DNA of 64,000 nucleotides. Source: a virus. Taxonomy: Duplodnaviria > Caudoviricetes. A program made the position numbers and the translations under genes. This document shows, one piece after another, positions 19,210 to 29,326 of the stretch (the first letter of the stretch is position 1; each line of letters opens with the position of its first letter). The notes under the pieces are model-generated. The model searched no databases. It was not told the origin of the DNA and saw only the letters and a list, made by a program, of their open reading frames with translations. The DNA lies in IMG/VR virus record IMGVR_UViG_2832928787_000001, positions 1-64,000 of that record, one strand, 5' to 3'.

Positions 19210-20205
19210 TCAGGCTTTCAGTTCGATGCAGGCACGCGGGCGCGTGCACAGGTTCAACGGGTTGGACTGGCCTTCCAGTTCCACGCCCTTGCCGTGCCGC
19301 ATGATTTCCTGGCTGGAGTAGTACGGCAGGCCGTTGGTGTTGACGGTGTCCATGTAGTCGCCCGGGGCAAATCGGGTGATGAACAGGTCGGCAACCCCTT
19401 CCGGGTAGGCGATGGCACGGTCGTCGGGGATAAAGGACTTGTCACCGACCTTGCCGCGATAGCGCTCGAACACGCAGCCGCCGAACTCGATGGCTTCGCG
19501 CGGTTCGCCACGCAGGGCGGCAGCCAGTTCGCTGTTCAGATAGGTGGCCTCGAACGACGGCAGTGCCAGCAGCCTGGCCCAGAAGGTCTTGCCGCACTCG
19601 ACCCGCACACCGGTAAAGGTTGCCGCGCCAAGCGCGTCCTCGATCGCTTCCTGCAGTTCCAGGCACTTGCTGCGCAGGTGGGTGTCGTCCTTGCCCAGCT
19701 CAAAGTCGATGACGGTTTTTTTCAGGCCGAACGTCTGGTACAGGTCGAGCAGCACGCTGCTGCCGTCGGCATCGAGGATCAGGCCGCGCAGCGCGCCGAT
19801 GCGGTGGTATTCGATCGTGGCATCGAGCTGACGGCGGAATTTCGCCAGCCGCTTGTTGACCACGGTCTGCACCGACTCCAGTTCGGTTTCGCTGCCGAAG
19901 GCACGCAGGCCCTGAATTTCGTCGGCCATGATGGTGGCGGTCTGCGGCAGGTGGATGGTGTTGAACGGGATCATCTGCCGGCGGGTTCCGCCGACCACGA
20001 CGCCGGCGCTGCCACGCTGCCCGGCCGGGACCAGCACCAGGCTGTCGTTGTCCTTTTCGATCTGCACCGTGGTGGTGGTAATGCCCTCTTCCTCGAATAC
20101 GCCGAGGGCGGACAGGCGGCCGGGCTGGTGCGGCTGCTCGTTGATGGCGGCGGTCAGGCTGGACAGCGAGAACGCGTCGTCGTTGAAAATGTCGATGCTG
20201 GGCAT
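19210..20205 (-). CDS. Major capsid protein (lambda gpE family)
   Basis: FSLSSLTAAIN, ADEIQGLRAFG, TIEYHRIGALRG, QSNPL.LCTRP. Confidence 0.92.
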   Translation of the reverse strand: MPSIDIFNDDAFSLSSLTAAINEQPHQPGRLSALGVFEEEGITTTTVQIEKDNDSLVLVPAGQRGSAGVVVGGTRRQMIPFNTIHLPQTATIMADEIQGLRAFGSETELESVQTVVNKRLAKFRRQLDATIEYHRIGALRGLILDADGSSVLLDLYQTFGLKKTVIDFELGKDDTHLRSKCLELQEAIEDALGAATFTGVRVECGKTFWARLLALPSFEATYLNSELAAALRGEPREAIEFGGCVFERYRGKVGDKSFIPDDRAIAYPEGVADLFITRFAPGDYMDTVNTNGLPYYSSQEIMRHGKGVELEGQSNPLNLCTRPRACIELKA

Positions 20206-20268
20206 GACGGACTCCGGAAAGAAAAAGCCCCGCACGCGGGCGGGGCTGGATGATCGGTGTAGCGGGAA

Positions 20269-20616
20269 TCAGCGCACGACGATGAGGTGCACCATCAAGG
20301 CAGCCTGCGCTGCGGCATCGAGGCCGGTCAGCAAGCCGCCGTGAACGGCGGCGAGGCGGGTCACGGCAGTGACCGGGGCATCAACGCTGCGTTCCGGTTG
20401 CGGTGCCCACAACACGGCGGCAGCCGGCAGCGGGTCATGACCTTCGACCGGCGCGACCGGGTACGGCAGGAAGTGTTTTGCGGTCGGGTCGTAGGCCAGC
20501 AACTGGCCAGCCGGCAGCGCCGGACCGGCCGCCAGGGTGACGGTATCGGTGGAAAGATGGTCGTCAACCGACACGACGAATTCGGCGGCGCGCGCCGCCT
20601 GGGTCAAAATGGTCAT
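20269..20616 (-). CDS. Head decoration protein (gpD-like)
   Basis: LPAGQLL, AAAVL, C-terminal IVVR; between protease and capsid. Confidence 0.75.
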   Translation of the reverse strand: MTILTQAARAAEFVVSVDDHLSTDTVTLAAGPALPAGQLLAYDPTAKHFLPYPVAPVEGHDPLPAAAVLWAPQPERSVDAPVTAVTRLAAVHGGLLTGLDAAAQAALMVHLIVVR

Positions 20617-21764
20617 CACTGCCCTTTCCGGGGTTGGTGCCGTGCCGTGGCCTGGGCGGCCTTGCGACTGGCGTAAATCGATTTCGGGTTCAGCCCGTTG
20701 CCGGGCGTGCGCCGCTCGTCTTCGGGCGGCAGGCTGTTGTCGATGTCGGCACCGTCCAGTGCCAGCAACTTGTTGAACAGCGAGCTGCGAACGGCGTCCT
20801 GATCGAGCCCGGCGCGGATGTAGCCATCGGCCAGATCGGGCAGTTTTGCCACGACGCACAGATCGCGCACGGCGACGGCCTGGTCGACGTGCTGGCGAAT
20901 CGTCGCCTCATCGGCCAGCGCGCTTTGCTGGACGATGAAGTCGGTCAGCGCCGACAGGCCGGCACTGTTGCACAGCGTGGCGGCCAGTTTTGCCAGCGCG
21001 ACCGTGTCGGCCGATGCAGGGGGCTGTGCCGGTGGCGTGCTGGCAGCCGGGGCTGGCGCGGGTGCAGGCGGGGTGACGGCCACCGCCGACAGCAGTGCCG
21101 CCGGCGCGTTCTGCATCCGGGCCAGCCGCGTGTGCTGGCTGGCGCTGGCGAGGATCTGCACCGTGTCGGCGATCACGTCCGCCAGCCCCAGTGCCACCGA
21201 TTCCTGTGCGGTCAGCCAGGTGGTGTCGTCCATCATCCGGACCAGATCGGCTTCCTTGAGCTGCGGCGCCTTGTCGAGGTAGCAGCGCAGCAGGCTGGCC
21301 CGTACCTTGTCCATCATGTCGGCGGTTTCACGCAGCTCATCAGCCTCGCCGCAGGTCCAGGCCCACGGGTTGTGGATCATCAGCATGGTGTTGGCCGGCA
21401 TGATGACCTGGTGGGCGCCGACGGCGATCACGCTGGCAATGCTGGCGGCCACGCCGTCAATGCGGGCGGTGACCCGGTTGCCAAGCCGCTTGAGCGTGTT
21501 GTGGATGGCGATGCCCTCGAACACGTCGCCACCGAGGCTGTTGATGCAGACGGTGATCGGCGACACGCCGTCGTCGATCGCCTGCAGTTCGCGCAGGAAA
21601 TGCACGGCGCGGATGCCGTAGTAACCGATGTCGTCATACAGATAGATGTCGATACCGGTGGTTTTGCCGCCGGCGTCGGCCGCGGCGCGGATTTCGTACC
21701 AGCGTCCGTCGCCGTCGGCCTGCGGCGGCGGTCCGCCGGCGCTGGCAAGAATGCGGTGTGTCAT
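20616..21764 (-). CDS. ClpP-type prohead protease fused to scaffold
   Basis: INSLGGDVFEG, AASIASVI, MIHNPW, TWLTAQE. Confidence 0.92.
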   Translation of the reverse strand: MTHRILASAGGPPPQADGDGRWYEIRAAADAGGKTTGIDIYLYDDIGYYGIRAVHFLRELQAIDDGVSPITVCINSLGGDVFEGIAIHNTLKRLGNRVTARIDGVAASIASVIAVGAHQVIMPANTMLMIHNPWAWTCGEADELRETADMMDKVRASLLRCYLDKAPQLKEADLVRMMDDTTWLTAQESVALGLADVIADTVQILASASQHTRLARMQNAPAALLSAVAVTPPAPAPAPAASTPPAQPPASADTVALAKLAATLCNSAGLSALTDFIVQQSALADEATIRQHVDQAVAVRDLCVVAKLPDLADGYIRAGLDQDAVRSSLFNKLLALDGADIDNSLPPEDERRTPGNGLNPKSIYASRKAAQATARHQPRKGQ

Positions 21765-23248
21765 GGTGTTTCCTTGCGATTGTCTTCGATGATTTCGCCC
21801 TGGTCGTCCCGCAGGCGGCTGTCACTGTCGAGGCTCAGGCCCTTGGCATCCGCACGGGCGTTGTCAGCCATCATTTCGTTCTCGGTCAGTTCCGGGTCAT
21901 CGCCCTGGCTGAGGATGACCGACGAGCGCGACCGGAACCCGGCGCGCACTTCCAGCTTCTTCGCCTGTACGTCCTGCACCGGGTGCAGGTAGGCCCAGCC
22001 CTGCGGCACCCAGCGCGTGCGCAGGTACGGGCGCGGCGCAGTGGCAAAGCCCGGCAGGCTGATGACGCCAGCCAGCACGGCGGTCCGGGTCCAGGCATTG
22101 CGAACCGGCCGGCACAGTTGGTGCACGAACACGCTGAACTGGCGCTGCTCGATCCGGCGCCGGAATTCGTTCAGCACCACGCGGATCACGCGGTCATTTA
22201 CGCCGCGCAGGTCGCCGGTCAGGATCTCGTAGGGCAGACCGAAGCCGACAGCGATCGCCTGCAGTTGCTGGCGCATGAAGTCGGGGTAGTTGTTGCCACC
22301 ATCCGGTGGATCGCTGAACTCGATTTCTTCCCCGGGCAACAGTTCCTGCATGGTGCCTGGCTCCAGTCCGACCATCGGCGCGAAGCCGGCAGCCGGCTGG
22401 GATGGCTGGCCCGGATCAACAAGCGGTCCGGACGCCTCCGGCGCCGGCTTCTTGATAAAGCCGGCGAACAGGTTGGCGACCTCTTGCCGGTAGGCCACGG
22501 CATCATCGAATGAATCCAGCGTGCGCAGCCGCAGCAGCACCGGCGCCAGACTGGTAATGCCGCGCAGCTGGCCCGGCCGGGTCGGCTCATACACATGGAT
22601 GACCTGGCTGGCCGGTACCCGCTGCAGGGCATTGAAGTCGCCGCCGATGCTGCGTTCGCCTGGGTGGCTGCTGTACATCCAGTACGCAACGCGTTGTCCG
22701 CCGGGGTCGAACTCGATGCCCTGGCGGATGCGGTTGCCGTTCTGGGCCAGGCCGTTTTTTTCGGCCGGGACGAATTCGCTTTCCAGCACCTGCAGTTGCA
22801 GCGGCACGGCCAGGCCTTCGCTGAGGGACCGCATCCGCAGGCGGACGAAACATTCGCCACTCTCGTACACGGCACGCGCCACCAGCGCCTGCTGGCCATA
22901 GAAATCCAGCACGCCGTCGGCGTCCGATTCGGCGCTCCAGTCGTCCCACAGTTCCTGCAGCGCCACCCGGACGCCGGCTTCCGGGTGGCGGGACTTGGGC
23001 ATGATGCCGCTGCCGATGGTGTTGGACACCAGTCGGTCGACGCCGCCAAACGCATACGGGTCGTTGCGGGTCGCGTCACGGGCCCGGTTGCGCAGGGTGG
23101 CGATGCTGCCGGCACTGATCGCCGCCGGTCCGGCCGACGACGATTTCCAGTCATGGGCACGCTGGCGGTGGCCGGCACCGTCGTAGCTGTTCTTCAGCCG
23201 GGTCGGCAGCAGGAAACCGGCCCGGCTGAGGGTGGTAAATCCGGCCAT
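21761..23248 (-). CDS. Portal protein (lambda family)
   Basis: LRNRARD..RND, RPGQLRG, LTGDL.GVN, start of a P.QD motif. Confidence 0.92.
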   Translation of the reverse strand: MAGFTTLSRAGFLLPTRLKNSYDGAGHRQRAHDWKSSSAGPAAISAGSIATLRNRARDATRNDPYAFGGVDRLVSNTIGSGIMPKSRHPEAGVRVALQELWDDWSAESDADGVLDFYGQQALVARAVYESGECFVRLRMRSLSEGLAVPLQLQVLESEFVPAEKNGLAQNGNRIRQGIEFDPGGQRVAYWMYSSHPGERSIGGDFNALQRVPASQVIHVYEPTRPGQLRGITSLAPVLLRLRTLDSFDDAVAYRQEVANLFAGFIKKPAPEASGPLVDPGQPSQPAAGFAPMVGLEPGTMQELLPGEEIEFSDPPDGGNNYPDFMRQQLQAIAVGFGLPYEILTGDLRGVNDRVIRVVLNEFRRRIEQRQFSVFVHQLCRPVRNAWTRTAVLAGVISLPGFATAPRPYLRTRWVPQGWAYLHPVQDVQAKKLEVRAGFRSRSSVILSQGDDPELTENEMMADNARADAKGLSLDSDSRLRDDQGEIIEDNRKETP

Positions 23249-23472
23249 CAGATCCCCCTGCCGCTACGGAACAGCCGGATCTGGCGCGAGCGCCCCGGCT
23301 GCTGGCCGGCTTCGGCCTGGATGCTCTGCCGCAGTTTCAGCAGGTCATTCATGTTGGCCGACTCGTAACGGACGGTCCGGTCGGAAAAACGCACCTCGGT
23401 GACCCGTTCGCCGTTGGCAAGGTTCAGCAGCGCCGCGTCAATGGCAGTCAGGTCGGCAGCGATGAAGGCCAT
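23248..23472 (-). CDS. gpW-like head-tail adaptor
   Basis: 74 aa, GERVTEVRFSDRTVRY; between terL and portal. Confidence 0.75.
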   Translation of the reverse strand: MAFIAADLTAIDAALLNLANGERVTEVRFSDRTVRYESANMNDLLKLRQSIQAEAGQQPGRSRQIRLFRSGRGI

Positions 23473-23473
23473 G

Positions 23474-25423
23474 CTATCTCCGGTTCAGGTAGCCGCTACG
23501 GGTCAGCCGTCGCGGTGCAGGGTGAGAAACGACAGACCCCGCCGGGGCGGGGTCTGGTCTTGCGGGGGTGGCCGGTGCTGGCTGGCCGGGAGGCTGGCTG
23601 TCGAATAGGCCGGTCTGGGCGTACTGGAGCTGCAACTTCTCCCAGTCGGCTGGCTGGAACTTCGCCAGGCCGAGGTAGTGCGCCATGCTCAGGTTGTAAA
23701 CGGCCAGGTCGAAGGCTTCGTTACGCGCCGCCTTCGGTTTGACCCATTCGGTTTTTTTGTAGCCTTTCACAAAGCGGACAATCTTCCGCTCCACCGTCAG
23801 TTGCTCGAAGTAGTCTTCCGGCAGGTCACGGGAGAAGTGGATGGCGCCCGGCCCGTCGAGCAGCCGGTAGCGGTTGGTCAGCCAGTCCTTGGCGGTGTCG
23901 GTACCGATCATCCACAGTTCGCAGCCGTTCTTTTCCGTCTGCCCACGCCAGTTGATGTCGACTTTGCTGGCACGCTGGGCCAGCACCGGCTTCCCCGGTT
24001 TGCTCGCCCCCTTGATGGCCAGGACGTTGCGCCAGCGTCGCAGCCGGCAGAACTGATACACCTCCTGCGCGTGGTGACCACCAGAGTCAATGGCCGTGGC
24101 CTTGATGGTCATGGTGCGGCCGCTCGGGTGGGTAAACTCGGCCAGCAACTGCTCGTCGAGGGCGTCCCATGTCGCCTGTTCGGCCGGGTCGCCCATCAGG
24201 ACGCGGTGGTCGATAACCCAGCTTTCCAGCCCGATCCCCCAGCCCATGACCTTCAGTTCCAGCCGGTTGTCCTGGGTGTCAACGGCAGCCGTCAGCACCA
24301 GCACGCCCGACGGAATGCTGCGCAGCGCGTAGTCCTCGGCGCGGTCCTGCAGCTCTTTGGCCTTGGTTCGCTCCTGGGTGTTGTCCCAGACTTTCGCCAG
24401 CCGGGTGTTGTAGAACACCTGCATCGGCTCCGGGTTGCCGGCCTTCAGGGCGACCATGGCTTCCTCATGCTGCGTCAGCAGTTCGGTCCACGACAGCCAG
24501 CCGAGCGGCATGTACATGGCGTCGATGTGGAACGAGATGGTCTGCCCGTCGCCCTTGGCAGTTGCCCGCCATTCGCCGGACTCCAGCATCCGGGTTTTAT
24601 GGTGCTCGGCAAACAGGCCGCCGCATGCGGAACAGGCGCAGATGACGGACTGGCCATCCACCGACCAGCGCAGTTGCGTGATCTCCAGCACCTGCATTTC
24701 CCCGCAGTGCGGGCACGGCACGAAGTAGCGGCGTTGATCGCCCTTGTCGTGCAGCTCCTTGATCAGGCTCGCCCCGTCGATGGTTGGCGAGCTGGAGTAG
24801 TAGATTTTCCCGTTGTGGCCGAACGTCGTCGCCCGGTTCTCGAACATCTTGATCGGATCGCCCTCGCCATTGAGGTTGCGTTCCCATCGGTCAATCTCGT
24901 CGCCGTACAGATAGCGGGCGGCGATTTCCGCCAGGTTGGCGGCGCTGCCGGCGGTGGTGATGTACAGCGATCCGCCGGCGTATTCCTTGGTGTCAATCGT
25001 GTTCTTGCTGTCGCGGCTGCGCGGTGCGGCCACCTTGCCCTGCAGCACCGGCACGGCGTCGATGGTCTTGCTGATGCGGCCGGACAGGCGCTTCGCCAGG
25101 TTCAGGCTGGGTTCCAGCGCCAGGATATTGCCCGGCGCCATGTGGATCAGCGCTCCCATCCAGTTCAGGAACACCTGAGTCTTGAGCATCTGCGATGCGC
25201 CCATCACCACCACGCGTCGGCAGGGGTGACTGGGGGACAGGCAGCGCATGACCTCCCGTGCGTAGGGTGTGCGATCGGTCCGGTATTTGCCCGGCTCAGC
25301 AGCACCGACATCGGTCGGGATGCGCTGGTATTCGTCAGCCCATTCGTCCACCCACAGGGCCGGGTCCGGGGTCAGGCCCGCAGAGAAGCCGTCCCGGTAG
25401 GCGGTAAATCCGCTGGCGTACAT
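23474..25423 (-). CDS. Terminase large subunit (lambda GpA family)
   Basis: ASQMLKT, YGDEID, SSPT, GDQRRYFVPCPHCG, AIDSGG, RNEAFD. Confidence 0.95.
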   Translation of the reverse strand: MYASGFTAYRDGFSAGLTPDPALWVDEWADEYQRIPTDVGAAEPGKYRTDRTPYAREVMRCLSPSHPCRRVVVMGASQMLKTQVFLNWMGALIHMAPGNILALEPSLNLAKRLSGRISKTIDAVPVLQGKVAAPRSRDSKNTIDTKEYAGGSLYITTAGSAANLAEIAARYLYGDEIDRWERNLNGEGDPIKMFENRATTFGHNGKIYYSSSPTIDGASLIKELHDKGDQRRYFVPCPHCGEMQVLEITQLRWSVDGQSVICACSACGGLFAEHHKTRMLESGEWRATAKGDGQTISFHIDAMYMPLGWLSWTELLTQHEEAMVALKAGNPEPMQVFYNTRLAKVWDNTQERTKAKELQDRAEDYALRSIPSGVLVLTAAVDTQDNRLELKVMGWGIGLESWVIDHRVLMGDPAEQATWDALDEQLLAEFTHPSGRTMTIKATAIDSGGHHAQEVYQFCRLRRWRNVLAIKGASKPGKPVLAQRASKVDINWRGQTEKNGCELWMIGTDTAKDWLTNRYRLLDGPGAIHFSRDLPEDYFEQLTVERKIVRFVKGYKKTEWVKPKAARNEAFDLAVYNLSMAHYLGLAKFQPADWEKLQLQYAQTGLFDSQPPGQPAPATPARPDPAPAGSVVSHPAPRRLTRSGYLNRR

Positions 25424-25988
25424 GGTCGGGGGTCACTTTCTTCAGGTCGTCGGCGCCAATCCGGGCCATGTCATTCAGCGACTGGCGCAGTCTGGCGGTC
25501 AGCACCTGTTCGAGTTCCCACGGATCGGTGATCGCCGCCAGGTCGCTGGAGATCTGTCGTGGCAGCCCCAGCAGGGTGTCGCGCAGCAGCCGCGAATAGC
25601 GGTAGGCCGCGTCATGGACACCCTGCCGGTCAACCGTCATCGCCTCGGCCTTGTCGGCCTCAATCCTGGCGAGCCGGGCCAGGTGCTTTTCTTTCTCGGC
25701 ACGGTTGTGGTGGAAGTCGTTTTCGTTCCCGTTCCCGCCACTGCTCGATGTACCGGGGTTGAGGCTCCCGTAGACATCGCGCTGAATCCGGTGCTGCTCA
25801 TGGCGCTTCTGCACGCCTGCCTTGGCCGGGTCGGCGGTCTTGCCGATCCGGGACAGCGTGGCATCCACATCCACCCGCTTGCCGTCCGGCGCCAGCACCA
25901 GCCGCCCACTGGTCAGCAGCTTGGTCACATAGCTGGGTGACCAGCCCTGACTGGCGGCAAAGCCGGATTTGCTGAGGTATTGGGCCAT
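25335..25988 (-). CDS. Terminase small subunit-like protein
   Basis: N-terminal wHTH-like SKSGFA..GWSPSYVTKL..GRLV; overlaps the terL start. Confidence 0.75.
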   Translation of the reverse strand: MAQYLSKSGFAASQGWSPSYVTKLLTSGRLVLAPDGKRVDVDATLSRIGKTADPAKAGVQKRHEQHRIQRDVYGSLNPGTSSSGGNGNENDFHHNRAEKEKHLARLARIEADKAEAMTVDRQGVHDAAYRYSRLLRDTLLGLPRQISSDLAAITDPWELEQVLTARLRQSLNDMARIGADDLKKVTPDHVRQRIYRLPGRLLCGPDPGPGPVGGRMG

Positions 25989-25993
25989 GGCTC

Positions 25994-26036
25994 TTTCACC
26001 GGATTTGACTGGATTTCACTGGAGTGAAATTTCACT
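25994..26036. repeat. Three 10-bp tandem repeats plus a 14-bp palindrome (candidate terminase-binding site)
   Basis: tttcaccgga/tttgactgga/tttcactgga followed by agtgaaatttcact, just upstream of terS. Confidence 0.55.
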
Positions 26037-26223
26037 AACTTCCAGACCCAGCCGCTAGAAAAAAATCGCGCGTCCCCAGCCGCGTAAGTGGGACAAGGGG
26101 GTCAGGGTCCCCGGCCGATCCGGCGAGCCGGGGCAGGCATGGTGCCGTAACCCCCTGCATTTGCTGGGGATTCCGTGGCTTCGACCCTACTGGCCCCGCC
26201 GTCTGACGTAACGTGCGGCCACG

Positions 26224-26252
26224 AAAAAGCCCGACCTGCAAGGGTCGGGCTT
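26224..26252 (-). terminator. Intrinsic terminator ahead of the late operon (tR'-like)
   Basis: aagcccgacc-N-ggtcgggctt hairpin with U-run on the minus strand. Confidence 0.65.
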
Positions 26253-26319
26253 CGTCTGGACGCAGCTTCTTTAAGCTAGCGGATTCATGGTACTTCAGCG
26301 CAAAGTCAACGTCAACATT

Positions 26320-26784
26320 TCACGCTGCGAATCGTATTTCACCCGCGCCGCGCCGCTTGGCATACCAGCGGACCCGCAGCACATCGACATTGGCAGGCCC
26401 CACATCCAGCGCCGCCTGCAGTGCCATGTGGACCTTGCCGACCCGGTATTCAAACGTGCGGCGCGAGATACCGAGCGCCCTCGCCTTGTCTTCCGGTCTA
26501 CCGCCTCGCTCGTAACGCTCGCGCACCACATCGCGCAATTCATCCGGCAGGCAGGACACGGCCTGGTCGATGTCGATCATCAGGTCCGACGGGCTGTCGC
26601 GCAGCCGGACCGCATGGTCGATTTCGATATGGTCAGTCAGCAGCAGGCTGGACACCCCACTACCACCACCATGCCAGCCCTGGGCGGTTGACCAGCGAGC
26701 CCACTTTTCCAGCAGCCGGTCGATCCAGGGCACCATCTTGCCGGGGCGAACCCCGACCACGTCGATCACTTGCTTCATCATCAA
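26320..26784 (-). CDS. Q-like late antiterminator / sigma region-4-like regulator
   Basis: LLEKWARW, IDQAV..LP, HTH KARALGISRRTF; upstream of late genes; start uncertain. Confidence 0.7.
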   Translation of the reverse strand: MMMKQVIDVVGVRPGKMVPWIDRLLEKWARWSTAQGWHGGGSGVSSLLLTDHIEIDHAVRLRDSPSDLMIDIDQAVSCLPDELRDVVRERYERGGRPEDKARALGISRRTFEYRVGKVHMALQAALDVGPANVDVLRVRWYAKRRGAGEIRFAA

Positions 26785-26847
26785 TCCCCTGATGAATCTG
26801 CCCCTGTGATCCCCTTCGGCCAGTCAATGCCAGCCGTTTTATTGTCT

Positions 26848-27128
26848 TGTGATGTAACTCTTCCAGTTTGTGATGCAAATAACCGGAATGTGATGTTCAG
26901 TGTGATGTAGAGAATCTAATAACCATGCGGGTTTGTGATGCATGTGACGCAATTTCCGGCATTGCTCGCGCATGGGGAAAAAACTGAAGAGGGAGAGGGA
27001 GAACCTGTTTCGTTGCGCACACATGCGCGCGGGAGGGCCGAATTTGCATAACATGCATCACAAACCCCCGTGGATACTGAATCGCGAGCATCACACGCTG
27101 CATCACATTTGCGATGCTGAGCATCACA
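26848..27128. repeat. Convergent TGTGATG/CATCACA iterons (candidate replication origin)
   Basis: TGTGATG at 26848, 26869, 26889, 26901, 26934; CATCACA at 27056, 27089, 27101, 27122. Confidence 0.7.
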
Positions 27129-28839
27129 AACCCTCCTTTTTGGAGACGACACCGGCATCCCGATACGTCTCCCAGCCCTCAACATCCCAGCCAGCATTCA
27201 GCGCAGCAGCTGAAAACCCCATGATGTGACGGCCAAACCAGTCCTGTTTCGGTTCACCCGGATCAGGACGCTGCTCGCGAGGGGTATAGATGGCTTCTTG
27301 CCCGGAGAGGTTTGCGCAGCGCCAGCGCTCGGTTGCGCTGCGCAAGCGGCCCGACAGCATATTCAGAAACTTCCGTTTGGGCAAAATCGTTTTCTCCCGG
27401 CCGCGTTGGCACCATTCGCAATACAGCCCATATAGATGCCAACCCCGGCATGGCATGAACGGCACGCCGAGCGCACCCCGCTCCCACTCATCAATGAACG
27501 CTTCCCAGCCGCTCATACCGAGCCGGATCAGCCGCATGCGTGCCTCGGTGTCCAATGGCTTGGTATGCGGCGTGAACGGCAGCACGGCGTTTTCTGCCGC
27601 GCCAGGCGCGCAATCCGGCAGAGCGAGAGGCAGGGAGAGAAGAAACGCATAGAACGCCGTCACCCCGCCCGCAGCCAATTCGACCTCGACAGCTTTCTGG
27701 TCGGCCTCCGGCAGCTTGCTGTCAGGCCAGATCACCATGAACCGCCGGTCGCTCGATTCGACGTGCGCCGGCATGTACAGGTTCGACAGCATGACGAAAT
27801 TCGCGTGGTTGACCTCCTCCCAGGCATCGACGAATTTGCGCTCGACCACCTGCGTTTTGCCGGTCACCAGGTGCTTGAGCTTGCCGGCCTGCTTATACTT
27901 CTCGGTGTTGTTGCTGATTTCCTCGCCGAGCAGGAACAGCTTGCGCGACCGCCAGCCGGAAAAGCTGCCATCCAGCTGGTCCTGGCCAATCGTGGTCGCA
28001 TACTCGCCATACAGCGGCTTGATGCATTCCTCGAAAAACAGCGACTTGCCCGAGCCATGCACGTCCGAGTGCATCAGCACGCAGGTCGCCATTTTGGCGC
28101 CCGGATGCTGAAGCGGGTACGCCAGCCAGCACATCAGCCACATCCAGACCATTGGGTCGTTGTTGCACAGATGCAGCGACAGCCGGATTATCGCGGCGCA
28201 GTCCGGGAACGCGTCGACCAGATCTGTCGCCCACCGGGCATCGGGCGGGAGGGTGTCGGGGAACACAGCCTGCAGCGGCAGACCCCGGAACTGGTTGATG
28301 TGCGTGTCGGGGTCCACCCGCTGTGTCGGGTCAAACACCAGATTACGCTTGGCGATGATTTTGCGCTGCGGGCTGTTCACCCACAGCTTGAACAGCTCGC
28401 CCATCGCGATCTTGGCTGCCGAGCTGGGGATGACCTCATCCAGCACCGCATCCCACAGCGTGTCGGAGCCATCGAGATACACATAGCGCTCGACCAGCGT
28501 CTGGAACGTCTGGTCATTCTGCACCCGGCGCTGCTCGGCATCGCGGCGGGCCAGTGCAATGTCGGCCGGCAGTGCCGTGCGGCGGTCCTTGTGCGACTTC
28601 CATTCCTCGGCCAGCGGCTTGCCCACCAGCGCCACAAACGCCGGCCACGACATGTCCTGTTGCTGCTGGGTATCGAACACCCGCGTCTTGCCGTGGATCT
28701 GCACATAGCGACCGACCGCCTGCTTGACGTCGATGGGTTCGCTGGTCAGCAGCCCCATGATCTTGCCGTCGCTGGCAATCCCGGTCGCCGCCTCGAATGC
28801 GGCCAGTTGCGGGTCCAGGGCGTTTTGCTCACTCATCAT
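27124..28839 (-). CDS. SF3/D5-like helicase (DUF5906-type) replication protein
   Basis: WLAYPLQHPGAK, Walker A HGSGKS, LGEE, LKHLVTG, SDRRF. Confidence 0.85.
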   Translation of the reverse strand: MMSEQNALDPQLAAFEAATGIASDGKIMGLLTSEPIDVKQAVGRYVQIHGKTRVFDTQQQQDMSWPAFVALVGKPLAEEWKSHKDRRTALPADIALARRDAEQRRVQNDQTFQTLVERYVYLDGSDTLWDAVLDEVIPSSAAKIAMGELFKLWVNSPQRKIIAKRNLVFDPTQRVDPDTHINQFRGLPLQAVFPDTLPPDARWATDLVDAFPDCAAIIRLSLHLCNNDPMVWMWLMCWLAYPLQHPGAKMATCVLMHSDVHGSGKSLFFEECIKPLYGEYATTIGQDQLDGSFSGWRSRKLFLLGEEISNNTEKYKQAGKLKHLVTGKTQVVERKFVDAWEEVNHANFVMLSNLYMPAHVESSDRRFMVIWPDSKLPEADQKAVEVELAAGGVTAFYAFLLSLPLALPDCAPGAAENAVLPFTPHTKPLDTEARMRLIRLGMSGWEAFIDEWERGALGVPFMPCRGWHLYGLYCEWCQRGREKTILPKRKFLNMLSGRLRSATERWRCANLSGQEAIYTPREQRPDPGEPKQDWFGRHIMGFSAAALNAGWDVEGWETYRDAGVVSKKEGL

Positions 28840-29326
28840 TACCCCCTCGCAGTTGCTCCATCATCGCCGCCAGCTGCGGCGACTCCCTGCCCTGCCAGAT
28901 GCCCTGGCCGAACAGCGCCATCCGCTCGCGCTGACGCGCCAATGCCGCAGGAAAATCCCCGACACGAACCGGCGACAGCCCGAGCGGTACCGCCTCGCCG
29001 CCCAGCAGGGTCATTTCGTCCACCTGCACCCCGGACAGCCGCCAGACGGTATTGGCCCGCCCGGCCGTCAGCAGCGCTGCCGAGACAGCAGCGCCCCGGC
29101 CCACGAGTTCCGATTCATCGACAACCAGCACATCGAGCCCAGCCACGAAGTCGAGATTAGTCAGGGTCAGATCAAGATCATCCAGCACCACAATCCGGGC
29201 CAGATCCGGCCGGGCGAACAGCCCGTCACCGGCCTTCCAGCGCCCGACACCGACCACCAGCAACCACAAGACTTCGCGGGCTCGCCGGCGGGCGAATACA
29301 GCATTTCCATAGGCGGGACGCTTCAT
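28829..29326 (-). CDS. Hypothetical phage protein
   Basis: Overlaps its neighbours; FVAGLDVLVVD. Confidence 0.6.
   Translation of the reverse strand: MKRPAYGNAVFARRRAREVLWLLVVGVGRWKAGDGLFARPDLARIVVLDDLDLTLTNLDFVAGLDVLVVDESELVGRGAAVSAALLTAGRANTVWRLSGVQVDEMTLLGGEAVPLGLSPVRVGDFPAALARQRERMALFGQGIWQGRESPQLAAMMEQLRGGNDE

Noticed and set aside
3155-25988. Lambda-like head with P2-like tail as a novel architecture
   Set aside because: This mosaic is common among proteobacterial prophages.
5002-29160. Long plus-strand ORFs opposite structural and replication genes (e.g. 12206-14662, 23678-25531, 27436-29160)
   Set aside because: Shadow frames of GC-rich genes with no motifs.
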